Shown: positions 48,588 through 58,177 of the stretch, in pieces | How positions within the stretch are numbered: the stretch's first letter is position 1 | How the letters are laid out: the number at the start of each line of letters is the position of its first letter | Virus record (IMG/VR): IMGVR_UViG_3300025534_000004 | Coordinates: 83,744 to 147,743 of that record | DNA from: a virus | Reading direction: 5' to 3' (one strand) | DNA: 64,000 bases | The notes under the pieces: generated by a model | The model's database searches: none | What the model was told of the DNA's origin: nothing | What the model saw: only the letters and a program-made list of their open reading frames with translations | Program-made: the position numbers and the translations under genes

Positions 48588-49018
48588 CAGGGAAAGTCCT
48601 TCTCAAACGGCGTTGTCCTGTGGCCCCTTTCTACCAGCTTCCGGGCCGGGCGCAACAACTTTTTTTCGGTCTGCACCGATTTTTTTTGGTTCGCGCCGAA
48701 CAGAAACCTCGTGATGTTGTGAGCAGACGGGCGACCCGCGTCTCGGGCTTGCGCCAGATTTCTCGTGCAACCCTTGCGTGTATACGGTATGGTTCTGCGC
48801 TCTGCGGCGGAAAGCCGTTCGAGTCCCCAACCGGTGCTCCGTCCCCCCCCCGATGTACAATGAGCGGGCATCGGAAGGTCCCCCTTGCGCGGATCGGCCA
48901 TCCCCCACATGCGCCGATCCGCGCATTTCCTCCCGGCAAACCCGGTTTTCCGAATGTTTTTTTGGTTGCACCACATTTGCGTCGTGCTACGATGGCCGTC
49001 CATTTCAAGGAGGCACAG

Positions 49019-49612
49019 ATGCTCAATGCCGTCACCGGGGTTCCCCCGCACCGCGAGAATGCCGATGTGGTCCGGCTCGATCTCGATGCGGGCCTGACCA
49101 ACAAGGCCATCAAGCTCCTGCGCGACGGCCTCGACATCAGCTTCCATCGCCAGCAGTACCCCGAGGCCCTCTGCGATAGGATCATCGTCTGGGGCAAGGG
49201 TTCCCGGCGTCAGGATGCCATGCTGGAAGCAACCCGCGTCATCGACACGCGGACGCGGTGGACCAGCACCACGACCATGGTCACCGAAGCCTATGCCAGC
49301 GTTGGCGGCGGCGGCACCACATGGGCCACCATCGCCTCCCTGCTCAAGGTCAACGACATTCTGTGGCTGGAATGGAGGTGCGACAGCCACTCGAACGCAT
49401 ACTGCCGGGGCGCCAAGGCCGACCACACCTTCCTCGGCTACGAGGGAAAGCCCCTCTGGCGGGAGGATGAGTGGAGGGGCCTGCACGGCGACAGTCTTGA
49501 ACTGGTGATTGAGCGACCCGCCAAGCGCGCGGGCGGCAGGCCGAAGATGCTCCGCTTCCTGCTCTACGTCTCCATCTGCCCCGACAACTCGGCGCGGATG
49601 ATCCAGAAATAG
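49019..49612 (+). CDS. hypothetical protein adjoining origin
   Basis: AAGGAGG RBS; TTGCAC..TACGAT promoter. Confidence 0.7.
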   Translation: MLNAVTGVPPHRENADVVRLDLDAGLTNKAIKLLRDGLDISFHRQQYPEALCDRIIVWGKGSRRQDAMLEATRVIDTRTRWTSTTTMVTEAYASVGGGGTTWATIASLLKVNDILWLEWRCDSHSNAYCRGAKADHTFLGYEGKPLWREDEWRGLHGDSLELVIERPAKRAGGRPKMLRFLLYVSICPDNSARMIQK

Positions 49613-49614
49613 GC

Positions 49615-50588
49615 GGTCGGTAAAGTCCAAGATCGCTCGGACGCGCTCCGAACGGGGCTTGGTCGGTAAAGTCCAAATTCTCCCGGAGCCGCCCAGACGG
49701 GCCTCCCCGGTCGGTAAAGTCCAAATCCGGCCGGGACGCGGCCCTCGGTCGGTAAAGTCCAATTTCCTCTGCGGTGGCGGCTCCTGCGGTCGGTAAAGTC
49801 CAACTCCGACCGGGCGGCGCCCAGACAGGCTCCCGGTCGGCAAAGTCCAAATCCGGGCGGTGGCCCCCGGTCGGTAAAGTCCAAAATCTCCCGGAGCCGC
49901 CCAGACGGGCCTCCCCAGACGGGCCTCCCCAGTCGGCAAAGTCCAATCCCGCCCGAGCCGATCCGGGCCTCGGTCGGTAAAGTCCAAATCCGGGTCCGGC
50001 GGCGGCCCCCGGTCGGTAAAGTCCAAATGCGCCCTTTGGCCCCACACCCCACCGAAGAACCACAAGGATTTATAAGGAGTTGCGGGAGATCGTTAAGGCA
50101 CTGCCGAAAGGGCATGGTCGGCAAAGTCCAACTCCGAGCCCTTTGAAGAAGGCGCCCCATCCCGTTCCGAATTGGACTTTACCGACCGACTGGACTCTAC
50201 CGACCGCATCCCCAGCCGCGCAGGTGCCCCCTTCCGCCGGGTTTGGACTTTACCGACCGGCTTCCTCCGCGACTCCATGGCCCGAAATTGGACTTTGCCG
50301 ACCGGCTCCTCTGCGACTCGAAGGTCCGAAATTGGACTTTGCCGACCGGTACACGGCGATCCGCCACCACTTATCCACAGGTTATCAACTGGACTTTGCC
50401 GACCGCCCGTCATAATCCACAGGCGCGTTCTTGGACCTTACCGACGCCGCCTTGGACTTTGCCGACCAGTCGAAAAAAGCAAAACCCGCGTTTCCAACGG
50501 CTTGGACATTCCATCCACTGGGCTTTACCGACCATACTAATAAGAGTCTCAAATACGATTCCAAATAGCTTTGGTCGGTAAAGTCCAA
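49615..50588. repeat. iteron array / plasmid-type replication origin (about 21 copies of GGTCGGYAAAGTCCAA)
   Basis: 11 forward copies 49615-50131, 9 reverse copies 50172-50533, one forward at 50573; AT-rich 50534-50572; directly upstream of repA. Confidence 0.92.
50371..50379 (+). promoter_or_regulatory. DnaA box
   Basis: TTATCCACA consensus; near-match TAATCCACA at 50413-50421. Confidence 0.75.
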
Positions 50589-50650
50589 ATAGACACCGCC
50601 CGTGGAATCGTGCATTGGGAAGCCGTATCGAAGCAGTCCGCTGGGAGGCG

Positions 50651-51601
50651 ATGGGCATGGGGAAGGTACATGACCTACTCGCAACGAAGGGCAAGGCCGC
50701 ATCCCTGACCGAGGCCGAGGACGACAGGCTAAGGAGGGCCATTCAAACGGCAGCCTCCTACATGGCCGACGAGAACGTAGACACCCTCTTTTTCTTTTCC
50801 GGGTGGGCGTTGGCCGGTCTGCCGCATCGCCGGATTCCCGACGACAGAGAGTGGCGCGTCGAAACCGATCACGTGACGCTTCTCGTCGAGCCGGGTCGCA
50901 GACCCGATGCGGGCGGCCTGAGCCCCTTTGTCGGCGTCCCATACGGCAGCCGGGCGCGGCTCATCCTGCTGTATCTGCAATCCGAAGCCCTGCGGACCCG
51001 CCGCCGTGAGGTCGAACTCGGCGGCAGCCTCAATGCTTGGATGGCAAAGCTCGGCATCTCCATCGGCGGCAAGTCCTACAAGGAGGTCCGCGAACAGGCC
51101 GAGCGCATCTCCCGCTGCCGCCTGACCTTCCAGATGACGCGCGCTGGCCGCACCGCCTTGGTGCAGCAGAACATCCTCGACAGCGCCATGTTCGTCGATG
51201 ACGACTGGCGGCAGGGCCGCCTCGCGCTGGATGTCGCGCGCCTCTCCGAAGGCTTCTTCGAACAACTAATGCGCCACCCGGTGCCCGTCGAGGAGAGCGC
51301 CATTCGCGCCCTGAACAACAATTCGATGGCGCTCGACCTCTATTGCTGGCTGGTCTACCGGATGCACGCGCTCGACAAGCCGACGAGAATCCCGTGGACA
51401 TCCATCCACAAGCAATTCGGCACCGGCTTCAAGCAGATGAAGCACTTCAAGCCCGTCTTTCTCGACAATCTCGAAGTGGCTCTCGCCGTTTATCCGGACG
51501 CCAAACTCGAACTGCTTGATGAAGGCATCCGGCTCCTACCGAGCCCGCCCCCGGTTGCCAAGGTGATCGTCCCGGTCGCCAAAGTCGCGGCCATCGCCTG
51601 A
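50651..51601 (+). CDS. repA: plasmid-type replication initiator RepA (RepA_C family)
   Basis: LPHRR, GVPYGSRARLILLYLQSEA, SMALDLYCWLVYR, IPW..QFG, LAVYPDA; GGAGG RBS. Confidence 0.9.
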   Translation: MGMGKVHDLLATKGKAASLTEAEDDRLRRAIQTAASYMADENVDTLFFFSGWALAGLPHRRIPDDREWRVETDHVTLLVEPGRRPDAGGLSPFVGVPYGSRARLILLYLQSEALRTRRREVELGGSLNAWMAKLGISIGGKSYKEVREQAERISRCRLTFQMTRAGRTALVQQNILDSAMFVDDDWRQGRLALDVARLSEGFFEQLMRHPVPVEESAIRALNNNSMALDLYCWLVYRMHALDKPTRIPWTSIHKQFGTGFKQMKHFKPVFLDNLEVALAVYPDAKLELLDEGIRLLPSPPPVAKVIVPVAKVAAIA

Positions 51602-51714
51602 CCCGAACGCGACCGCACCACAATAACGCTTTCATTATCGTTTTGAACTGCGTTATACTGGTTCGCCTCACAGCCAACCGGCTGCGACGCGCAACCACTT
51701 TGAGAAGGTCCTTG

Positions 51715-52974
51715 ATGAAACTCGACTTGACGACGCTGCCCTCCGGGCTGCGTGTTGTGACCGCGTGCCTCCCCGGCTTCCAGTCTGCTTCCACCGCCGT
51801 GTTCGTCCGCGCGGGTTCACGCTGCGAGACCGAGGCGAATGGCGGTATCGCCCATTTCCTCGAACACATGGCCTTCAAGGGAACCGCGAAGCGGTCCGCC
51901 TTGCAGATCGCCCGCGAGGTCGAGGAACTCGGCTCCTACATCAATGCCTATACGGGCACCGAGGTCACCGCCTACTACGTGAACGGCCTCGGCCGCAACG
52001 TGGCGCAGTCGGTCGCCATCCTCGGGGACGTGCTGACCAACTCGGCGTTCGATCCGAAGGAAATCGAGGTCGAGAAGGGCGTGATCCTGCAAGAGATCAA
52101 CCGCCACCTCGACAACCCCATGAGCGTCGCCTTCGACGGTTTCGGCCTGACCGCTTTTCCGGAGCAGGCCCTCGGCCGTCCCATTCTCGGCAAGGCCGAA
52201 TTCATCCAGACGGTGAACCGCGATCATTTCGTGGAGTTCGTCGGCCAGAACTACCATGCCAGCAACATGGTGGTCGTGGGCACCGGGGCCGTGCAGCATG
52301 AGGACTTCGTTTCCATGGTGGCCGAGCATTTCGCCGGTCTCGCCACCGGTCAGGCTCCGGCTTGGGAACCGGCCGTCTATCACGGCGGCATCCACCGCGA
52401 GACGACCCGGCCCTTCGAGCAGGTCACGGTGCTGCTGGGCTTCCCGAGCGTCGCGGAGTGCGATGCCCGCTTCTGGCGGCACAACCTGCTGGCCGATGTG
52501 CTGGGTGGCGGCATGTCCTCCCCGCTTTTTCAGGAGGTCCGCGAGAAGCGCGGCCTCGTCTATTCGACCCACGCATGGTCCGACCACGCCACCGACCACG
52601 GGCTGCTGATCATCGAAGCCGGAACCACGACCGCACATGTCGATGAATGCATCAAGGTCGCCTGTGAGGAGATCGCGAAGCTGACGCGGCATGTCGAGGA
52701 ACGCGACCTGTCGCGCGCCAAGAACTCGGCGCTCGTGGGTCTCGCCACCCGCAAGGAGAAGCCCTTCGCGCTGGCCGAGTCCCTCGCCACCGGCCTGTTC
52801 CAGCATGGCACGCTGCGCGCGCCGGAGGAGAGGATGGCGGAGGTCGAGGCCGTGACTCTCGACGAAATCCGGTCTGCGGCGGAGGAAATCATCGCCTCCA
52901 CGCCGACCATCTCACTGGTCGGTCCGGCACCGGATACCGACTATCTCGGGATGGTGAAGTCGATCCTCGGCTGA
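51715..52974 (+). CDS. M16 (pitrilysin) family Zn peptidase
   Basis: AHFLEHMAFKGT (HxxEH), NAYT, GGGMSS.LFQEVREKRGLVY. Confidence 0.95.
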   Translation: MKLDLTTLPSGLRVVTACLPGFQSASTAVFVRAGSRCETEANGGIAHFLEHMAFKGTAKRSALQIAREVEELGSYINAYTGTEVTAYYVNGLGRNVAQSVAILGDVLTNSAFDPKEIEVEKGVILQEINRHLDNPMSVAFDGFGLTAFPEQALGRPILGKAEFIQTVNRDHFVEFVGQNYHASNMVVVGTGAVQHEDFVSMVAEHFAGLATGQAPAWEPAVYHGGIHRETTRPFEQVTVLLGFPSVAECDARFWRHNLLADVLGGGMSSPLFQEVREKRGLVYSTHAWSDHATDHGLLIIEAGTTTAHVDECIKVACEEIAKLTRHVEERDLSRAKNSALVGLATRKEKPFALAESLATGLFQHGTLRAPEERMAEVEAVTLDEIRSAAEEIIASTPTISLVGPAPDTDYLGMVKSILG

Positions 52975-53030
52975 AACGGGCAGTGGCCATGCGGCCCCTC
53001 CCTCAGCCTCCGCAGGGCTGGGTCGAACAC

Positions 53031-53059
53031 GAGAAAGGGCGCCGCTGGCGCCCTTTCTC
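53031..53059. terminator. bidirectional terminator
   Basis: GAGAAAGGGCGCC-GCT-GGCGCCCTTTCTC. Confidence 0.7.
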
Positions 53060-53066
53060 TTTCCGG

Positions 53067-53978
53067 TCAGCCCTTCCAGCCCGGAGGCGGCTGGCAGCCC
53101 GTCTGCATCGCCGGGAATGCCTGCGGCTGGGAGGCGAACTTCTGCTGGCGGCGGCCAACCTCGATGCCCCGCTGACGCAGGCCCCGCGCGCTGTCGTAAT
53201 AGACGACGAGCATCGCAAGCATGTCGCCGCGCTCGAAACGCACCTCAGTGGTGGCGAAGTCGGTTGCCGCGCCGAACCCCGTGCCGAGGCTCTGCACCGC
53301 GTCGGCGTTATTTCCGACGGTGGTGGCGTTATGAGACAGAAGGGTCTCCTGTGCGGCACAGCCCACAGCGATTCCATTCAGACCGGCGCCCAAGGCAACT
53401 GCCTTTGCGGTAGCGAAATCGCGCGCGTCAGCCACGCCGCGCAGCACACCATGGATCGACCCTTGCGACCAACCACCATCGGCCATGCCGCCAACCACTC
53501 CCTGTGACCAGCCGCCAGTGGCAGATACCACCCACGGCGTGACGCCAGTGTTCGGAAAGCCGGGCGCGGGCATGACCGGGTGACGAAAGACCGGCCGTTC
53601 CCTCTCCCGGTAAACCAGTGCGCCGATGACGCCGTTGTTCCGGGAGGAGCCGGTCATGGCGGTCGCGTAGCTGCCGTGCTTGCCCGCGAACTCGAAGCGG
53701 GCAGCCTGCGCGTTGTCGAGCTTCCAGCCGGGGATGCGGATCGTCGAATTGGCATCGACGATATAGCCGCTGGACTGTGGCCCGGCTTCCTTGCCGTCGA
53801 GCACGGAAAGGCCGTCCACGCTCAGCACGACCTCGACGCGGAAGGGATTGGCGTTGCGGACCTCAAGCTCATAGGCCGATCCTTCCCGGCCCTCCACGTA
53901 ATGCTGGCCGCGATGGAAATACTCGGTGATGGGCTTGCCCTTCACCAGCACGGAAAGGGTGATGTTGTTCACGAACAT
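53067..53978 (-). CDS. conserved hypothetical protein
   Basis: RVEVVLSVDGLSVLDG..GYIV..IPGW..NGVIG..LGTGFG. Confidence 0.75.
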   Translation of the reverse strand: MFVNNITLSVLVKGKPITEYFHRGQHYVEGREGSAYELEVRNANPFRVEVVLSVDGLSVLDGKEAGPQSSGYIVDANSTIRIPGWKLDNAQAARFEFAGKHGSYATAMTGSSRNNGVIGALVYRERERPVFRHPVMPAPGFPNTGVTPWVVSATGGWSQGVVGGMADGGWSQGSIHGVLRGVADARDFATAKAVALGAGLNGIAVGCAAQETLLSHNATTVGNNADAVQSLGTGFGAATDFATTEVRFERGDMLAMLVVYYDSARGLRQRGIEVGRRQQKFASQPQAFPAMQTGCQPPPGWKG

Positions 53979-53990
53979 GTCTGAAATTCC

Positions 53991-54656
53991 TCAGCAAGCG
54001 GCGGTCTGGGCGCCAAAAAAGCTGGTCGTAGTGGCTGCGGCAGCACGGAAAGCCGTGGTCGCAGCGGAAAGGGCCTGCATGGTCTGACGGGTCTCGCGCG
54101 CCTCAAATGTCTTGATGTTCCCTTCCGGGAAACCGAGCTTCAAGCCCGTGGCGGCTGAGCGAGGCGGGCCGAGATAGACACAGGTCCAGCCGAGCGTATT
54201 GCCATTCAAAACGCAATCACGTGCCTGTTCCACGGTATTCCGGCTGGCGTTGTCGTCACCATCGGTCATGACGACGAACAACACGTTGGGCCGGATGTCC
54301 CATTTAGCGAGACGTGTTTTCAGGACGGCGGCGCGCCACACGATGGCGTCGTACAGATTGGTCCACTCACCCGGCACATAGGTCGCCAGCGTGAGGTCCG
54401 GCACCAGCCCGATCTCAATGTCGGTATAGGGCGTCCGCAGGCCGCGCGTGTCGAATTTGGTGAGGGTAAGGAGGCAAACGCCGGGCTGGCCCCGCTGCTC
54501 ACGGAGGAAGTCGTTATAGCCGCCGATGGTGGCGGCCTGATCCATCGAGCCGGTTTCGTCGAGAACGAACTCGATGATGGTGGGCACTGGGTACTCGACG
54601 GACAGCGCGGAATGCGCAGCCGCGACCCGGCGCCTAATGCGCTTGGTCATAATCAC
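53991..54656 (-). CDS. vWA-domain protein
   Basis: VLDETGSM (MIDAS), TNLYDAI, VMTDGDDNAS; TAAATA at 54740-54745. Confidence 0.85.
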   Translation of the reverse strand: MIMTKRIRRRVAAAHSALSVEYPVPTIIEFVLDETGSMDQAATIGGYNDFLREQRGQPGVCLLTLTKFDTRGLRTPYTDIEIGLVPDLTLATYVPGEWTNLYDAIVWRAAVLKTRLAKWDIRPNVLFVVMTDGDDNASRNTVEQARDCVLNGNTLGWTCVYLGPPRSAATGLKLGFPEGNIKTFEARETRQTMQALSAATTAFRAAAATTTSFFGAQTAAC

Positions 54657-55613
54657 TTTCTCCCGCAGGACTTAACTGCCGCGCCGACTTGCGCGGGCTC
54701 ACTGCCTGCAAATGGACGGGGTTAATTCCCCGCTGCACTTATTTAGCACAGTGCATTTACCGAAAGCGATATGATTCGCACGGGCAGAGCATCCCTTCGC
54801 GCCTGCCGGTCGCACAGGCGCGGCAGGACGGCAATGGATCACCGCTCGGCGCGACCTTCCAGCTTCGCCACGGTGCGCATCCCCAGCAGAACCAGCGCCT
54901 CAGCGCCGAGAGCGAATATGGAGGCACCCGACGGGCGCATCATCACAGCGGAAATGATGAGGGCGATGAGGAGCAGCCAAATGGAAAGACGGCCTCGGAC
55001 TAGGAAATCATTCATGAAAACCTCTTTCAATGATACGCGCCCGATATCACATCGATACTCCGTGCGCAACCGAATTATAGGGTGCAGGCCGGACACAGCC
55101 GACGCCAACGGACGCGCCGTCGCGGATCAACCTGCCCTGATGGACAAGGCGGCGCCAGCATACAGTGACACAGAATTGCGCGGCCTCACGCTCGATCCCC
55201 CGGCCTCGCAGATAGCATTCGACATCGATCTTCTCGACCCAAGAGCCTCTCCACGAACACTCCATCGTCTGCTGGACCGCAATGGCGCCGACGGCCTCCT
55301 CGACAAGGAGGTCGAAGTCCTCCCATGCCATTCCCTGCGGGAGGTACTTGGCGAAATACGCCTGATCGTACTCAAGCGTGCATCGGGCAAGGGTGAGACC
55401 GGGGCGGCTCATGGGGCCGATATAACCAAAAAAATAGGGTTGACCACAACCGGAATATATGGAATAGAGATACCACCGCGCATGAGGGCGTTCCGCCCTT
55501 GGCGACGTGCGTTGGCAGGTGGACAGCATCCCGCCGTGGCTCTGCAAACCCATAGCCGCCCGGAAACACAGGCCGGGTCGCGCGGTACCTCAAAGACTCC
55601 GAAGCTGGTTCAA

Positions 55614-55910
55614 ATGGAACTCCATTGCGGCGATTTCGGCCCATTTTCACCGGGCTTCTCCCGGCAGATGACCGGGCGTTTCGCGGCCCGCGTGGACATC
55701 CCGCCCAGCGAGTTCGAGCGGCTCGAAACCGGTCGGTACGAGAAACCGGACCGGGTAACCCCTTTCGTGGTCTATCTGCACGAGAAGGTCGGGCGCTGGG
55801 GGACGGACTGGTACATCGACCATGACCCCCTCCATCTCGAAGGCGGCGAGTGCGTCTACTTCGCCTGCCCGAACGACGCCGTCTATTTCCTGCTGCGGTG
55901 GTCGCCATAA
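55614..55910 (+). CDS. hypothetical protein, paralog family
   Basis: VYFACPNDAVYFLLRWS. Confidence 0.55.
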   Translation: MELHCGDFGPFSPGFSRQMTGRFAARVDIPPSEFERLETGRYEKPDRVTPFVVYLHEKVGRWGTDWYIDHDPLHLEGGECVYFACPNDAVYFLLRWSP

Positions 55911-55949
55911 TTCAGTTGACAAGACCGGATTTCGTGGCATCACCGGTTC

Positions 55950-56228
55950 ATGGATGATGCCGCCGATCACTGGCCGATCTCATGGTCCCACGTGGTACCG
56001 CGAGGGGACCTCTACCCGTTCGCGGTACAGGCCAATCGTCCCCTGACGAATGACGAGTGGCTCGACATGGTCCGCTTCTGCACCAACACGTTCGGCAAAG
56101 GCGGCAAATTCCCCGAGCCCGGTAACCAGTGGTTCGGTACCGACGCCGCAGCCGGATCAGGGCACGGATACTTCGCCTTCGCGTCCGAGGGCGACCTGAC
56201 CCTGTTCGTCGTGACCTTCACGCGCTGA
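55950..56228 (+). CDS. hypothetical protein, paralog family
   Basis: FCTNTFG..FAFASEGDLTLFVVTF. Confidence 0.6.
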   Translation: MDDAADHWPISWSHVVPRGDLYPFAVQANRPLTNDEWLDMVRFCTNTFGKGGKFPEPGNQWFGTDAAAGSGHGYFAFASEGDLTLFVVTFTR

Positions 56229-56338
56229 GACACGCCTTTCGGTCTCCGAGCATAAATAGGGGTCTTTCGATCAAGCAAACGTTAATCCGGACACCACAAG
56301 GATAAGTAGTCGGCCAAAGAACCAAAGAGGGGTTTCAA

Positions 56339-58165
56339 ATGGCCGACAAAATCAAGAATTTCGGGTTGAGCGGCGTCGCTTCCGACGTTCAACTCGGCAA
56401 GGCAGGCAATCGCCTGAAGTCCAGCGAAGGAGCCATCGAGGCACGCAATGCTGCGGGCAACGAATTGGCGAAAATCCGCGCGGCGGCAGCGGTCGATCCC
56501 AATGACGTGGTCATCCTGTCCCAGCTTCAAAACCTGAGCGGGGAGCTGGATGGCTTCCACATCCAGCTTGGCGACGTGACCACCGATGGTGACGGGTCGT
56601 GGCAGCCGGGTGCTGTGCCGCTGACCAACGATACCCCGGTCAGCCAAGCCATCGACAAGATGAACGCGATCCTCGCGCTCCTCACGCCGGATGCGCCGCC
56701 GAACTTCCCGAACGGCACGCTCTCCGTCAGCAACTCCAGCGGCACCTCTCCGCTTCTGGCCGATGGCGCCGTTCCTGACAACACCGGGGGCAGCACTCTC
56801 AGCGCAGGCGATTCCGTCACCCGTATCACCGCTACCGGCGTGAACTCCAACACCTTTCAGGATGTGGGACCGGGCGATTCCGGTACTGTCAGCCTGATCG
56901 TGAACGGCAGCGCCGTTGGCTCGCGCACTCTCACCGGCTCGGGCGACGCTGGCACCTACAATGGCCTCGTCATCGCCGACCAGAAGGACTATCCGACCGA
57001 CACTCCGGGCTTCTGGAAGTCCATCGACGTGAGCGTATCCAATGCCGCCGTCCAGCAGGGCATCAACTCCTTCAAGCTGACGCACTCCGGCGCTGGCAGC
57101 ACGAACGAGGTCGTGTTCGTCCGTGACAACCTGACGGCCACGCCTGCGGTCTCCAACGGTTCCGTCACGCAGGAAGCCGCTGGCACCTTCGCCTACTCCT
57201 CCTCTGTCCCGCATTACGGCAATGGCGGTCAGATCAAGGTTGCCCTGTCGATGAGCAACCTCGCTGGCGAGACCTATTATGGCGGCAACAACCCGCTCAC
57301 CATCACCGGCACCAACGGCATCTTCTCGTCGCAGACCTACACCTACGCCAACATCGGCATCGTCACGCCGATTGCCCGACAGACGACCAGCGCGGTGGCG
57401 ATCACCCCGGTGACGATCAGCGTGAACGGCAACAACGTCCATGCCTCCGGTGTCGTGCAGGCAACTGCCCGTAACGTCAATGGCGCCTCGTCCGCCACCA
57501 CGGTGAGCCCGGTGACCATTCTCGTCAAGCGCGGCACTGCTCCCACGACCAAAATCGACGAGATGAGCATCCCGGTGACCGGCCTCGGCTCCGCGCCGAA
57601 CACCAACAACGCGGTCCGCGTCGGTGGCTTCGACGATGACGATACCGCGTCCGGCACTGCGAGCGAGTGGGATGCAACGGAGGAACTCCCGGCGCATGAG
57701 GCCACGGTCGTCGCTGGCGTGCTCAAGCACGACACGACCGACTATTCGACTGGCTATCTCCCGGTCGGTCCCGATCTCTCGGTCGGCCGCGATGGCGCCC
57801 AGTATGCCACCTTCTCGTTCAACCGTGCCGCCGTCTCGACCTTCAAGATCAAGGTCACGGGCAGCTATGCTGGCGTGTGGGTGAAGCTGCCGGGCGTCTC
57901 CGACAACGCCACGATCTCCCCGAACGGCGCTGCGGCAAATGGCTGGTGGGACGCGTTCAAGCCGTATGACGGCGCTGGCGTTCCGGGCGAAACCGGTGAT
58001 TCCACCAATGGCTGCGCCCTTGGCACCGTGATGACCGGCAGCAGCGGTACCTTCACGATCACCTTCGGCACCCAGTCGTCCACGAATGCGACTGGCAACA
58101 CCATTCTGGTCCGCATCAAGCTGACTGCGGGGCAGAGCATCACCGAACTCTCCTTCTCGAACTAA
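56339..58165 (+). CDS. virion structural protein (beta-rich, tail/baseplate-associated)
   Basis: TAAATA at 56253-56258; G/T/S/N-rich composition; strong codon bias. Confidence 0.7.
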   Translation: MADKIKNFGLSGVASDVQLGKAGNRLKSSEGAIEARNAAGNELAKIRAAAAVDPNDVVILSQLQNLSGELDGFHIQLGDVTTDGDGSWQPGAVPLTNDTPVSQAIDKMNAILALLTPDAPPNFPNGTLSVSNSSGTSPLLADGAVPDNTGGSTLSAGDSVTRITATGVNSNTFQDVGPGDSGTVSLIVNGSAVGSRTLTGSGDAGTYNGLVIADQKDYPTDTPGFWKSIDVSVSNAAVQQGINSFKLTHSGAGSTNEVVFVRDNLTATPAVSNGSVTQEAAGTFAYSSSVPHYGNGGQIKVALSMSNLAGETYYGGNNPLTITGTNGIFSSQTYTYANIGIVTPIARQTTSAVAITPVTISVNGNNVHASGVVQATARNVNGASSATTVSPVTILVKRGTAPTTKIDEMSIPVTGLGSAPNTNNAVRVGGFDDDDTASGTASEWDATEELPAHEATVVAGVLKHDTTDYSTGYLPVGPDLSVGRDGAQYATFSFNRAAVSTFKIKVTGSYAGVWVKLPGVSDNATISPNGAAANGWWDAFKPYDGAGVPGETGDSTNGCALGTVMTGSSGTFTITFGTQSSTNATGNTILVRIKLTAGQSITELSFSN

Positions 58166-58177
58166 AGGAAACGTACC

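Noticed and set aside
49615-50588. CRISPR array
   Set aside because: The repeat is only 16 bp, switches orientation, has very irregular and partly reused spacers, has no cas genes nearby, and lies next to repA and a DnaA box. These are iterons.
48587-50742. ORFs with repeated WTLPT/LDFTDR/GLYRP peptides
   Set aside because: Translation artefacts of the iteron array.
54771-55613. Long ORFs 54771-55910 (+) and 55047-55553 (-)
   Set aside because: Frames conflict and starts are unclear. Only the 55614-55910 part was supported; small minus-strand genes may exist here.
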